This document shows, piece by piece, positions 8,867 to 18,935 of a stretch of DNA of 64,000 bases. Numbering within the stretch: the stretch's first letter is position 1; every line of letters starts with the position of its first letter. The translations under genes were made by a program, and so were the position numbers. A model generated the notes under the pieces. It searched no databases and was not told where the DNA came from. It was given only the letters and a program-made list of their open reading frames with translations. The stretch is from an uncultured virus (IMG/VR IMGVR_UViG_3300025133_000034) (lineage: Duplodnaviria > Heunggongvirae > Uroviricota > Caudoviricetes), in IMG/VR virus record IMGVR_UViG_3300025133_000034; one strand, given 5' to 3'.

Positions 8867-10297
8867 TTAAGTATATCTTGGATCTTTTTCCAAAACATTA
8901 GAGATTTTTTCGCTGCTTTGTATGGCGGTATCTGCAGCTGCAGTCGCCTTGCTTCTTCTCTTTTCTCGGTAGTAGGCACCAATATTGTCAGCCAAATTCT
9001 TAGCTTCAGTAAGAAGTGTCATAACATCGCCCTTGAGCTTTTCGCTATATATCTCAGCTAATTCATCAATCCTTTCCTGGGATAAATCAATAGCGCCATA
9101 GGTATTTAGGTTAATTTCCTGATCCAATCTTTTCAATTGAGGCCAGCTGGCCTTCCACTGACTAGCTTCTCCATACGCCTCGGTGAGAACTGATTCCTTC
9201 ATCATCTTCTTCTCTCTGCTATGGAAACTCTCCTGTATCGGTGAATCTTCCTCTGCAGCTTGCCAGGCCTCAATATCTTCCTCCCCCTTTTCTTTTTTAC
9301 GTAAGAGCACAGCTGCCTTCTTCTCTTTCTTTTTTTCTAGGGCTTCTAAATCTTCTGGCTCCATGGCCATCTCGGCCTCTTCAGGGGTTAGGCCGCCGGC
9401 TTGTAAGAAAGCAGGAATCAGACCTCTTTTATAACCAGGTGTTTTTTGTATCAGCTCCGCAACACGCACTTGGTTCTCTTTGGAGCCGTCTGCAGCAAAA
9501 GCGGCCATGGCACCTGCTAAATTCTGATCGCGTTGGGCATACCTGTAGCCTAGGAGGTCGGAGCCTCCGCCGACGCCGCTAATAAATCTTATAAAGTTTG
9601 ATCTGTTGATTTCAAACTCCCAAAATTGCAGCTGATCAACATTACCGCCCGGTGTATATTTAAAAGCAATCAAATATTTAATTGCCGGCTCACCGCGTAC
9701 CACAAGATAATCTACCAAATTTGTATAACTGCCCTTGGTGATGCCCTCTAGGGTCAGTAGTTTCAAACTAACCGGGATACCGCCGCCGTAGTCTGAGAAG
9801 GCTACAAAATCCTCAATTGGCAGAGTCCCTCCAACTTTACCAGCTATCTGTTTGCCTCCTGTCAAGGCCGCCATGAAGCCCTCGAATACAAAGCCGGCAG
9901 CTGACTCGTTAAAGTCGTTTAACGTTGCCTGTAGGGCTTCGACAACCATCATCATATTAATAATGACTCCCGGAGATCTCTTTCTTGCCGCGGCCTTGGG
10001 GTCAAGAAATTTATTAATATCATCAATTTTGGCTTTTATATCACGGCCGCCGCGGACGACAGAAAAGATCTTCAATATTTGGTCCCTGTCTTGAGAGTCC
10101 GGATCGCCCCAAGCTTCCGAAGGTGTCAGAGAAGGCAGGTCGATGGTAAGACTAAATCTTCCTCCTTCTTCTTCCGTCAAGAGAGGGTTGGTTTTAACCT
10201 CGCTTTGTTCTTTTCCAACCATTTCAAAGAGAAGATTTAAATTAAAATCTTGTTGAAAATAGTTTTCTGCAATGTATTTTAGTTCGTCCTTATTCAT
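8867..10297 (-). CDS. hypothetical protein, possible PD-(D/E)XK nuclease fold; probable late or virion protein
   Basis: GFVFEGF...IEDFV...VSLKLL pattern; late-motif variant TCTAATTA upstream; several [LI]xE sites. Confidence 0.6.
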   Translation of the reverse strand: MNKDELKYIAENYFQQDFNLNLLFEMVGKEQSEVKTNPLLTEEEGGRFSLTIDLPSLTPSEAWGDPDSQDRDQILKIFSVVRGGRDIKAKIDDINKFLDPKAAARKRSPGVIINMMMVVEALQATLNDFNESAAGFVFEGFMAALTGGKQIAGKVGGTLPIEDFVAFSDYGGGIPVSLKLLTLEGITKGSYTNLVDYLVVRGEPAIKYLIAFKYTPGGNVDQLQFWEFEINRSNFIRFISGVGGGSDLLGYRYAQRDQNLAGAMAAFAADGSKENQVRVAELIQKTPGYKRGLIPAFLQAGGLTPEEAEMAMEPEDLEALEKKKEKKAAVLLRKKEKGEEDIEAWQAAEEDSPIQESFHSREKKMMKESVLTEAYGEASQWKASWPQLKRLDQEINLNTYGAIDLSQERIDELAEIYSEKLKGDVMTLLTEAKNLADNIGAYYREKRRSKATAAADTAIQSSEKISNVLEKDPRYT

Positions 10298-10315
10298 AAA
10301 TATACCTCTTAATAA

Positions 10316-10975
10316 TTAGACAACTATATCAGCAATTCCCAATTTTACCGCTTCTTCAGCATCAATGTAAACATTTGTTTTGCGATCAACCATTTTTTTA
10401 ATTTGTTTCTCTGCCATGTTCGTCTCCTCGGATAAGGCTTTAATGTACATCTTCTGAGTAAACTTTGTTTCAGCAAATTCATTCTCAACATCGGCTATGT
10501 GTCCGTGTGTACCAGCTACGACGCCATGGATCATAACTCTACAATGCTTGCCGATTCTCCGTTCACCCTTAGTGCCGGAAGCTAACAGAAGGACGCCGGC
10601 TGACATTACCTTTCCCAGGCCGTAGGTGTGGATAGGAGACATGCCCCTCAAGCTGCGAATAGTATCATAGACAGCAAACATTTCAGTCGCCAAGCCGCCG
10701 AAAGTTGAAATATAAAAATCTATCGGTTCGTAGCTGCATAATATGTCTGACTCTGGGTCATCCGGGTTGGATAAAACTTCGTTGCAACCAGACAAGTGTA
10801 GGGCGCGGAGGCCGTAAATAGCTTCGGAACACTTTTCCTCTTCGATGTTACCGTAAATACCAGTTATGCGTAACTCAGGTTTGTCTTGCATATTGAACAC
10901 GGACAGAAGATCTGCCGGTTCTTCTTTTTTTTCTTGCTCTTCTTCTTTGTCTGAAAAATTTGCGTTCCAACTCAT
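10316..10975 (-). CDS. clpP: ClpP-family protease
   Basis: FYISTFGG, GKVMSAGVLLLASG (catalytic Ser), VMIHG (His), AEEAVKLGIAD. Confidence 0.88.
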   Translation of the reverse strand: MSWNANFSDKEEEQEKKEEPADLLSVFNMQDKPELRITGIYGNIEEEKCSEAIYGLRALHLSGCNEVLSNPDDPESDILCSYEPIDFYISTFGGLATEMFAVYDTIRSLRGMSPIHTYGLGKVMSAGVLLLASGTKGERRIGKHCRVMIHGVVAGTHGHIADVENEFAETKFTQKMYIKALSEETNMAEKQIKKMVDRKTNVYIDAEEAVKLGIADIVV

Positions 10976-10999
10976 TTGCTACTCCTTTAGCGTTAATAT

Positions 11000-11028
11000 A
11001 AAAAAAAGCAGGCCAACTGACCTGCTTT
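11000..11028 (-). terminator. intrinsic terminator
   Basis: AAAGCAGG-TCAGTTGG-CCTGCTTT hairpin followed by a T tract, downstream of ORF 11054-11743. Confidence 0.7.
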
Positions 11029-11053
11029 AACTAATTTAGACTCATTAATACTT

Positions 11054-11743
11054 TTATCTCTGTTTTCTTCTCTGCAAGCGAAGAAGCCGGCCTGCGACCC
11101 GACGGGAAACTTCTGAAATAACTTGTTTTTGGCTTTTTTGGGCGCGCCGTCTTCGAGACTCCTGCAGGGCCGGCATCTCTTCTTCACCTTCTTCTCCGCC
11201 CATCTCTTCTTCTCCGCCCATGGCTTCTTCACCGCCCATGGCTCCCATCTCTTCTTCTCCGCCCATCTCTTCTTCTCCGCCCTCTTCAGACTCAGTATCA
11301 ATTTCAATTTTTGCTGCCGCCTCTGGATCAAGCTCTTCGAGACCTAACTTTAAAGCTTTAAGGGCTGTCATGGCGCTAGCAAGAGGTTCTTCTTCTCCGC
11401 CCACTTCTTCTTCACCTTCTTCTCCGCCCATGGCTCCCAGGTCTTCTTCTCCGCCTTCGGCGCCGGCTAACGGGTCTTCTTCATCCTGCTCGAACATAAA
11501 GCTCTCAAAGAGTTCTTCCATCATCTCCTCTTCTTCGCTCATTTCTTCCATTCCGGTGTCATCAAGAGACTCTTCTTCTAAGGACAGCTCCTCAACCATC
11601 TCGTCGCCTGGCTGGGGATCGTCTTCACCTTCTACCAGATCGTTCTCATTCAATTTGCTGATAAAACTATTGGCCAGGGGAGTGATATTGGCTATTTTCA
11701 TCATTTTGCGGATTTGTCTTTCGTTTAAAAGCTGCTTTTTCAT
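11054..11743 (-). CDS. highly acidic low-complexity protein, probable prohead core or internal protein
   Basis: E/G/M repeats (GGEEEM), basic termini, LNE/LVE/LFE/LQE sites, AAGGAGA RBS, late motif at 11780-11787. Confidence 0.75.
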   Translation of the reverse strand: MKKQLLNERQIRKMMKIANITPLANSFISKLNENDLVEGEDDPQPGDEMVEELSLEEESLDDTGMEEMSEEEEMMEELFESFMFEQDEEDPLAGAEGGEEDLGAMGGEEGEEEVGGEEEPLASAMTALKALKLGLEELDPEAAAKIEIDTESEEGGEEEMGGEEEMGAMGGEEAMGGEEEMGGEEGEEEMPALQESRRRRAQKSQKQVISEVSRRVAGRLLRLQRRKQR

Positions 11744-11778
11744 CGTGGTCTCTCCTTAAAAGTACCTCTTGATACAAA

Positions 11779-12018
11779 TTAAATAGCTCTATCTTTTAAT
11801 AAAAGACCTATTTTTTTCAATGCACCATCCTGTAATTGTTTGACTCTGACGTAGCTGATGCCTAAACGATCAGCACACTCGCGCAATGTCATAAAACCAT
11901 GCTTGCCAACAGCATCTAGTGTACAGTTCGAGTCTTCTTCATAATCAATCCAGTATTTACATTCTTTAATTGGGCAGCTGACTTTCATTTCTTTACATGT
12001 TAATAAACATTTTTTCAT
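11779..12018 (-). CDS. stand-alone sigma-70 region-4-like HTH with Cys-rich N-terminus
   Basis: MTLRECADRLGISYVRVKQLQDGALKKI matches region 4.2 (TLEEIG..LGVTRERVRQIE.KAL.KL); five N-terminal Cys. Confidence 0.8.
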   Translation of the reverse strand: MKKCLLTCKEMKVSCPIKECKYWIDYEEDSNCTLDAVGKHGFMTLRECADRLGISYVRVKQLQDGALKKIGLLLKDRAI

Positions 12019-12365
12019 AGGCCCGTCTCCATTTCTAATATGTCAAATATATCCTCTATCTCATCCCCTTCCAGAGAAAACTTCTTAACTACCTCCTCGC
12101 TTTTAGAATGAAACTTATTGATTTTACTTCTTTTTTGTTGACCCTGGATCTTATATTCTTCTTTACATTTATCTAGAAATGCGTGCAACAATTCATCATT
12201 TTTTATATAGCCAGTAACCATCATTCTAAAAAATTGGGATTGTGATATACCATCAAAATCGCAGCGAACTCTCAACCTGGCCTGGCGATCTGCGCTATCG
12301 TAAAACATAATCTTCTTTCTATTATCAGCATCAGGAATTGTAGGGTCTCTCATTTGCCCCTCCAA
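12015..12365 (-). CDS. putative ribbon-helix-helix DNA-binding protein
   Basis: KIMFY strand then helix-GISQSQFFR-helix; coupled to the sigma-4 gene. Confidence 0.5.
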   Translation of the reverse strand: MEGQMRDPTIPDADNRKKIMFYDSADRQARLRVRCDFDGISQSQFFRMMVTGYIKNDELLHAFLDKCKEEYKIQGQQKRSKINKFHSKSEEVVKKFSLEGDEIEDIFDILEMETGL

Positions 12366-13372
12366 AGAATATGAGTGTTACTCTCTACTTGTCCTGCTCC
12401 TGTTTGTAATGAGAAAGATGCCTTGCTTCGAAGCTCTTCCAGGCTGTATACACCTGAATAAGACAGGCCACTGCGAATGCCACCAGCAATATTTTGAAGG
12501 ATGTCTTCAACACTGCCCCTAAACGGAATGGTAGTTGAAACCCCTTCTGGAGCAGAGGATTTGCCCCTCCAGTCTTTTTGGGCTGCTGACGAGGCCATGC
12601 CCCTGTAGACTTTGTATTTTTTACCTGAATTGCCAGAGAATACCTCACCTGGAGTTTCACTTGTCCCTGCTAACATTGATCCAATCATCACGAAGTCGGC
12701 GCCGGCTGCGTACGCCTTCACCATATCGCCAGTCGTTTTGATACCACCATCAGCAATGATTTTAGTATCATAACTAGTACGCGCGCAATCTAAAATGCTC
12801 TGAAAAGTTGGTATGCCATGGCCCGTAACTAGCCTAGTCGAGCATATAGAGCCGCCACCAATGCCTACGCGAATTGAATCTGCTCCCCAGGAGGCCAGTG
12901 CATCAAAGGCCTCAAGGGTGGCGACGTTGCCAGCCATTACGTGCACCTTATCATGCATAACTTCACGAATGACAGACAAAGCATTTTTCACTAAAGAATG
13001 GTGACCATGAGCTACATCAATACAGACAACTCTAGCCCCAGCATCGTAGAGGGCACATGCTCTTTCTTCATAGTCGCCAGTTACACCGATTGCTGCAGCG
13101 ATAGGCGTTGTAAGCGACGTGCTGAGTGTACGAACAAGCTTCACCTGTTCCTCGATCGAGTTATATCTATGAATAACCCCCAAACCGCCAAGCTGACTCA
13201 TGACAGTGGCCATGTTCGCTTCAGTCACAGTGTCCATCGGACTTGACATAACAGGTAGTTCTAGCCGTGTACACGAATCTAAATTATTTCCTATGTCAAT
13301 ATGACTGCGACTTTCAATTGTGCTATATTGTGGCGTTAACAAAACATCATCAAAAGAATAAGCTTTTCTCAT
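12350..13372 (-). CDS. IMP dehydrogenase / GMP reductase family protein, no CBS domain
   Basis: [47 protein letters not shown]. Confidence 0.92.
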   Translation of the reverse strand: MRKAYSFDDVLLTPQYSTIESRSHIDIGNNLDSCTRLELPVMSSPMDTVTEANMATVMSQLGGLGVIHRYNSIEEQVKLVRTLSTSLTTPIAAAIGVTGDYEERACALYDAGARVVCIDVAHGHHSLVKNALSVIREVMHDKVHVMAGNVATLEAFDALASWGADSIRVGIGGGSICSTRLVTGHGIPTFQSILDCARTSYDTKIIADGGIKTTGDMVKAYAAGADFVMIGSMLAGTSETPGEVFSGNSGKKYKVYRGMASSAAQKDWRGKSSAPEGVSTTIPFRGSVEDILQNIAGGIRSGLSYSGVYSLEELRSKASFSLQTGAGQVESNTHILWRGK

Positions 13373-13641
13373 TATAACTTCTCCAAATATCTCTTAAGAT
13401 ACCAGATGGCTTTTCTTATATCTTGCTTAGCTTCTCCTTTATGCATATGCCTAGCAATATACTTAACGGCATTTCCACAATGAAAATTCAAACCCCAATC
13501 TTCTATCACGTCTATTGTTTCGATATTTCCCTTGTTGTAGTGAGCCGCGTGTTCAACAGCGCGAGGTGTATCACTAGCTTCTTTACCTTTGAAGGGGTAT
13601 TCATAAGACGCCTTCAGCCATTCTTCCTTATTTATTTTCAT
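13372..13641 (-). CDS. DUF3310 / T7 gp1.7-like putative nucleotide kinase
   Basis: VEHAAHY..GNIETID, FHCGNAVKYIAR, DIRKAIWYL. Confidence 0.85.
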   Translation of the reverse strand: MKINKEEWLKASYEYPFKGKEASDTPRAVEHAAHYNKGNIETIDVIEDWGLNFHCGNAVKYIARHMHKGEAKQDIRKAIWYLKRYLEKL

Positions 13642-14141
13642 TAGAATCCTCCAACGGGCATATCGTTTAGCACGTGATTTGGCTCTCCTGTATCTGTACT
13701 TCCTAGTGCAGCGTCGCCGCGGCGAGAGATCGCAATAGGCTCTCTGTACAATTTATGATTGGTCTGTCTGGCTCTAAAGTGTATTACCGGTACCAAAATC
13801 AATTGCGCAATCTTATCGCCGGCACAAACTATCTGCTGTTCCTGCCCAATATTGTGCAAATCAATAAAGACTTCGCCGTCGTATCCACTATCAATGATGT
13901 GCGCGCCGACTATTAAAGATTTCTTTGCACCCATACTAGAGCGGTTACAAACCTGTAACATATAGCCATGTGGAACACCAAAACTCAAGCCGGTGGCCAA
14001 CATCGTATTTCCACCAGGCTTAATTTTCACAGCTTTCACGTTGGGGTCAACTGGGCAATAATAAACATCTAGGCCGGCATCGCTAGGGTTAGCCCTCGAC
14101 GGGGAGGTCGTTCCCGGTCTTATCTCGTACTCTAAGATCAT
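13641..14141 (-). CDS. dut: trimeric dUTPase
   Basis: DAGLD, RSSMG, IIDSGYDGE, GDKIAQL, RGDAALGST. Confidence 0.95.
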   Translation of the reverse strand: MILEYEIRPGTTSPSRANPSDAGLDVYYCPVDPNVKAVKIKPGGNTMLATGLSFGVPHGYMLQVCNRSSMGAKKSLIVGAHIIDSGYDGEVFIDLHNIGQEQQIVCAGDKIAQLILVPVIHFRARQTNHKLYREPIAISRRGDAALGSTDTGEPNHVLNDMPVGGF

Positions 14142-14400
14142 CTTGTATCTCCTTAATTAATTTATTAGCTTTGTCCCAACACTCTGGGCAATATAATCTT
14201 ACAACTTCTTCTTTCTCTCTCACAACAACGTTCCAAGTTGTTACGTGTTCTTTGGAGTTCTTGTCATATGGTTTCTCACATGCAGCGCACTCGTCCTCTA
14301 ACTTATCAAACATCATAAGCTGGCGCTTCATTTGTTTTTCAATATCCTTTTTAATACGCTTCGTTTTGTTGCGAAGCATCTTTCTTTTTAAACTTCCCAT
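14089..14400 (-). CDS. zinc-finger hypothetical protein
   Basis: CAAC...CPEC pairs, basic N-terminus. Confidence 0.7.
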   Translation of the reverse strand: MGSLKRKMLRNKTKRIKKDIEKQMKRQLMMFDKLEDECAACEKPYDKNSKEHVTTWNVVVREKEEVVRLYCPECWDKANKLIKEIQDDLRVRDKTGNDLPVEG

Positions 14401-14403
14401 GCT

Positions 14404-17400
14404 TTATCCTAGTAATTTAAATGTGTGCCTAACTGAGCGAGTACTAAAGCCCCAGTCTTTGTTGTGGTCCAGCTTGGCTGCATAAGGTCGGTTCAAATGA
14501 ATTTGGTCGTATTCTTTAATCCCCCAGCACCTAATTGTGGTCATCGTTGAGGTGCTATCTATCACCTTAAGAATCCAGTATGGTTTATCATTTTTGGTTT
14601 TCTTGGGGATGACTTCTCTTGGTATAAACCAAGCAACACCCAGATCCTTATCCCAGTTGCCTAGAGCTGGAACACAATTTCTTCCAATAGAATCTCTAAT
14701 TTCTTGTGTCAAGACCAGATCGAAAGGAAACATACCAGTTAAATCAGAAATATACTCAATCTTTTCCTCGGGGGTGAAGTCTTCTTCCGGCGAATAAATT
14801 TCAATATTCTCATCTAGCTTCTTTTGGTTTTTTGGCTTGTCTTGTATACACGCCATCCAAAAATGTTTGCACCCATTAAATCGATCATCAACGATGCAGT
14901 CTAGCGCGCCGGAGCGGCACAACACATCCAGGGCTTTCTTGTTCAACTTGGCATGGATAATTTCCTCGTTAAAGAGGATATCTTCGATCTTTTCAAATGG
15001 CCTGTTTTGCATAATTTGGTCGACTGCTTTGTCACCCAAGCCCTTAATTGAGCTAAAAGGTTGAATAAGGGTCCTACCATCATCACTGATCTCCCATTGT
15101 CTGGTCGAAGTATTAATATTGATGTTTTCAATCTCAAAGCCAAATTTCTGAGCCAAGCTAATAGCAGCCTCTTTACGTGATTCAGGCTCCTTGTCTAAGA
15201 AAGCAGCCATCCAGCACTCAGGGTAATAATTGAATAGCCAAGCGCACTGGTAAGATAAAATAGAATAAGATACTGCATGCGATTTATTAAAACCATAGCC
15301 TGAGAAATATTCAAAATTTTGCCAAAGGCTTTTGGCTGTATCAGCTGGTATCGATTTATTGAGGCACCCTCTAACAAATTTTTCTTTAATTACTTCTTTC
15401 TCTTCTAAACCCTTACCTGTGCCCTTTTTGGTTAGAAGCTTGCGTAATTTGTTGCCTTCCTCCAGAGAGATATTTTCTCCTAGTTTGTGGGCCAACAAAG
15501 CAATTTGCTCCTGGAAAATAAGAAAACCATATGTTTCCTTGGTTACTTCTTCAACAGCATCAATAAGATAATTGGCGCTCTTGTTCTTCTTAGCCTTGAT
15601 ATATGCTTTATCGACGCCGGCTCCAAGTGGCCCGGGCCGATAAATTGAGGTGATAGCAGAAATATCAATAATATCATTAGGTTTGGAATTTATACTCAAA
15701 CGTTGGGCGCCGGAATTAGTGAACTGAAAAATGCCAGCGAACTTGCCTTTCTGAAAGATATTTCTATATACCTTTTTATCATTTAAATCCAGTACATCCG
15801 GATGCAGCGTACTGTCGTAATAGTCCTTAATATTAGCAAAAGTCGGATTATCAATTCCGTGGTGTCTTTTGAGCACATGGCCGACAGCACTTTGGATCAT
15901 TTCAAGAGTTGAAAGACCCAACAAATCAAACTTAATATATCCAAGCGGTTCTAAGTGGCGTACGTTTTGTCCTTCAGACCATGGTGTTTGTATTACGCCC
16001 TTAGAACAAATCAGTGGCATATGTCTATCTAAGTCTTCCCCAATTACAACACCACCAGCATGGCGACTAGTCGAACGGATCTGCCCCACCAGTGCCTCCA
16101 CGTGGGTCTTAATGTGCGGATATTTTTGCAAAAAGCTGATCAATGACTCAGAGTACTTCATAACTTCTTCAAAAGTTGGTACGTAAACACCTGATTTAAT
16201 ATCATGGTCTTGTTTGGCTTTTGGCATTGCTTCTCTAACCATTTTACTTGTCACTGTGTTAACTTCTAGCCATGGCACATCATAGAATTTGCCGATGTCC
16301 TTAATGAGCGAACGAAGCTGCAGCGTATTAAAGTTTGAAATTGGTACAACTGTGGTTTCTCCCCACTCTGCAGCTAATATTTCTTTTAATCCAAAAGCAT
16401 CGCTGACGTCATAATCAATATCCGGATAATCAGCTGTGTCTGATCTCAAAAACCTACTAAAAAGCAATCCATACTTGATTGGATCAACCTGGGTAATACC
16501 AAGTACATACGCTACAAGCGAGCCGGCAGCAGACCCGCGTCCGGGGCCGGAGAGCATATGTTTATTAGCGGTATCGGCAATTGCCTTCATGGTAAGAAAG
16601 TATTTGCTAAACCCCCTTTCATTAATAACAGTCAATTCGTGCTTTAATCTGTCAACGTATTCTTTGTTATCTTGCAAGGACACCCTACGAAGACCGTTGA
16701 CGGCCTCCCCAACTAAGGTTTCTTTAGCACAGGCGCCTTCTGGTACCAGAAATCCCGGCAAACGAACAGTGGCATCTGGCATAAAATCTTCGATAAGCTC
16801 ATGAGCAATCCAGTGTGTTGCTGTTAAACTATCGAAAATTATAGCGTCATCATATTCTACACCACATTTTTCTGCGTATTTCTTGTATGACTCCCACATC
16901 TGATCGCCATTTTTGGGGTAAAGTTCGTACCCAATTTCTTCAACACTTGCTGGCAACTCTTCTTTCATATAGCCCGGCTTGTTTTTGCCGCCTAGCCATC
17001 CAAGCCTTTTATAAAGCTCACGATCCTTCCAAGCATCGGGGCTCGGATAATGACTATCTGCTGTTGATATGAGATCAATGCCAAATTCTTCGTGCATTTG
17101 GATAACATACTTATTTAATTCATGTTGCTCAGGTATGTTGTTCCACTGCAGCTCTCCATACCAGCGGTCCCCCAAACAATCGATCATGCGTTGTGTTGTT
17201 GTGCGCATGGATCCTAAAATAGCTTCGGGGCCACTTTCTCGATTATCCCAATAATTCTGAGCGTATACACCGCCAATGCAAGCAGAAGACGCAATAATCC
17301 CCTCTCCATACTTTTTAAGTAGGTCATAATCCAGACGTGGTTTCCGATAGAAGTTGTCACCCTGATGTGAGTCGGATACAATCTTAAATATGTTGTTAAG

Positions 17401-17832
17401 ACCAACCTGGTTCTTAGCTAACAATACCAAGTGCCCATACGAATTAATCTTACTTTTAGATTTGCTCTTCGAAGAGGCCTCATCTTCAATTTCAACCTTA
17501 TCCGTATCATTAATAATTTTTCTAGCTTGTTTCTTGTCTAGCTTGACCTTTTCATATTCCTCTTTCCATTCTTTAATAGAGGGTATAAAATATGCTTCGA
17601 CGCCGAAGATGGGCTTAAAGTTTTTGCCTTGTGCCCTCATCTTCTCGGCGTGGAGCACTTGATGTGACATACCGTTCATATTACCATGGTCGGTAAGCGC
17701 TAGCGCGTTCATGCCGTTCTCGTAAGCAAAATCCATATGATCTTGCGGATATCCGAATCCGTCGAATACGGATCCTGCGACGCTGTGAGCGTGCAACCCA
17801 ACAAATGGGATTTTAGATTCAATTCTTTCCAA
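14404..17832 (-). CDS. dnaE: DNA polymerase III alpha subunit (family C)
   Basis: PHP motifs LHAHS, TDHGN, GVEAY, DSHY; GRGSAAGSLVAY, PDIDYD, HAGGVVI, KFDLLGL, YGFNKSHA. Confidence 0.97.
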   Translation of the reverse strand: MERIESKIPFVGLHAHSVAGSVFDGFGYPQDHMDFAYENGMNALALTDHGNMNGMSHQVLHAEKMRAQGKNFKPIFGVEAYFIPSIKEWKEEYEKVKLDKKQARKIINDTDKVEIEDEASSKSKSKSKINSYGHLVLLAKNQVGLNNIFKIVSDSHQGDNFYRKPRLDYDLLKKYGEGIIASSACIGGVYAQNYWDNRESGPEAILGSMRTTTQRMIDCLGDRWYGELQWNNIPEQHELNKYVIQMHEEFGIDLISTADSHYPSPDAWKDRELYKRLGWLGGKNKPGYMKEELPASVEEIGYELYPKNGDQMWESYKKYAEKCGVEYDDAIIFDSLTATHWIAHELIEDFMPDATVRLPGFLVPEGACAKETLVGEAVNGLRRVSLQDNKEYVDRLKHELTVINERGFSKYFLTMKAIADTANKHMLSGPGRGSAAGSLVAYVLGITQVDPIKYGLLFSRFLRSDTADYPDIDYDVSDAFGLKEILAAEWGETTVVPISNFNTLQLRSLIKDIGKFYDVPWLEVNTVTSKMVREAMPKAKQDHDIKSGVYVPTFEEVMKYSESLISFLQKYPHIKTHVEALVGQIRSTSRHAGGVVIGEDLDRHMPLICSKGVIQTPWSEGQNVRHLEPLGYIKFDLLGLSTLEMIQSAVGHVLKRHHGIDNPTFANIKDYYDSTLHPDVLDLNDKKVYRNIFQKGKFAGIFQFTNSGAQRLSINSKPNDIIDISAITSIYRPGPLGAGVDKAYIKAKKNKSANYLIDAVEEVTKETYGFLIFQEQIALLAHKLGENISLEEGNKLRKLLTKKGTGKGLEEKEVIKEKFVRGCLNKSIPADTAKSLWQNFEYFSGYGFNKSHAVSYSILSYQCAWLFNYYPECWMAAFLDKEPESRKEAAISLAQKFGFEIENININTSTRQWEISDDGRTLIQPFSSIKGLGDKAVDQIMQNRPFEKIEDILFNEEIIHAKLNKKALDVLCRSGALDCIVDDRFNGCKHFWMACIQDKPKNQKKLDENIEIYSPEEDFTPEEKIEYISDLTGMFPFDLVLTQEIRDSIGRNCVPALGNWDKDLGVAWFIPREVIPKKTKNDKPYWILKVIDSTSTMTTIRCWGIKEYDQIHLNRPYAAKLDHNKDWGFSTRSVRHTFKLLG

Positions 17833-17854
17833 TTTTACCTCTCGTTACAGAAAC

Positions 17855-17882
17855 AATATAATCATGCTGCAGTCAGAGTCAA
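17855..17882 (-). promoter_or_regulatory. sigma70-like promoter of dnaE
   Basis: TTGACT-N16-TATATT then GAGG RBS and TTG start. Confidence 0.6.
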
Positions 17883-18079
17883 TCTTCAAGTTCATTATTT
17901 CTCTCAAACAGGTAAAGCGCCATGGATTCTAAATTCATATTATATGGTATTTTAATAAAAGGAACGAAAGCGTGTATGAAAAAGGCTGTCGATGCAAATG
18001 TTAATCTTAAGCTTACTCTCATCGCAAATATGAAATGTTGCAAATAAGTTGTCTTTTTTTCTTTTAAGTGTTTAAACAT
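17879..18079 (-). CDS. small hypothetical protein (DUF6356-like)
   Basis: HLKE...TYLQHFIFA...IHAFVPF pattern. Confidence 0.65.
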   Translation of the reverse strand: MFKHLKEKKTTYLQHFIFAMRVSLRLTFASTAFFIHAFVPFIKIPYNMNLESMALYLFERNNELED

Positions 18080-18080
18080 C

Positions 18081-18935
18081 TTAAGCCTCCTCGTCTATAC
18101 CGATCCCACTCCATTCTGTGGCATTAAGTATTTTTGGTCTTTTAATGGAAGAATTGCGCGATATAAAGTCACAGTATCCAAGCCAGTTATCTAAACTATG
18201 ATAATCATCAACACTAACTCTACCGTAACTAGAACATTCTAGCATTTCGAATACTTCTTGTAAAGTAAAATTTCTATACGAAAATCTCTTTTCAGGTGAA
18301 TGCCTTTCCTCTCTCGTTGCTGGGTCGACCCACATACCATTTGATCTAGTCTTAGATTCGACTATCAGTTGCTCTATCTGCTGTATGTCAAGCGTCAATC
18401 CCAAATACAAGTTGTCTTTAACTGTCTTGCCCTCATAGGCAAACATAACATGCCCATTGGTTAGTTCTTTCCTAGATTCTCGTATGGTGCGTGGATCTAC
18501 ATACCCATATGGCCAAGATATCCAAAACTTGTCTGGCGCTAAGTGAAGACTTATTTTTCGTAAAATTTTATTGGCGGTTTTTGCGCCATGTATCGCAGAC
18601 CATGCCAAATTATCTCTTTTGTTTATATCTCTTACCTTGATTGGCACGTAGTATATTCTTATTGGTCGCTTGAATTCTTTCTTGTTGTGTTCAAAGTGCC
18701 TGTAGTTATATACAGGGTCTTGAATCATCTCACCAACTTGATATCTGATCAACGGCGTAACATCATCGTTACATACGATCCATATTGTATTGCAACCAGC
18801 ATATGCGCACTCAAGCACTGAACGTTCAACTGCAAGATAGTTTGGCCCAATTGGCATAAGACTTGCATGCCATGGCATATTAAAATCAGACTTAATGCCC
18901 GATACGGGGATGATTCCTGCGAGGTGCTTTTTCAT
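18081..18935 (-). CDS. sugar-phosphate nucleotidyltransferase-like protein, degenerate
   Basis: AGIIPVSG...PWHASLMPIG...AGCNTIWIV resembles the NTP_transferase N-terminus but lacks GxGTR and the Lys. Confidence 0.6.
   Translation of the reverse strand: MKKHLAGIIPVSGIKSDFNMPWHASLMPIGPNYLAVERSVLECAYAGCNTIWIVCNDDVTPLIRYQVGEMIQDPVYNYRHFEHNKKEFKRPIRIYYVPIKVRDINKRDNLAWSAIHGAKTANKILRKISLHLAPDKFWISWPYGYVDPRTIRESRKELTNGHVMFAYEGKTVKDNLYLGLTLDIQQIEQLIVESKTRSNGMWVDPATREERHSPEKRFSYRNFTLQEVFEMLECSSYGRVSVDDYHSLDNWLGYCDFISRNSSIKRPKILNATEWSGIGIDEEA

Noticed and set aside
10993..11331. Minus-strand ORF with WAEKKR repeats
   Set aside because: Alternative frame of the GGEEEM repeats in 11054-11743, and it runs through a terminator
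4755..17832. Bacterial chromosome or prophage flank (groEL, clpP, guaB-like, dnaE, def)
   Set aside because: The genes are divergent, single-stranded in layout, interleaved with phage-type ORFs and share phage promoter motifs; no integrase or att site was seen
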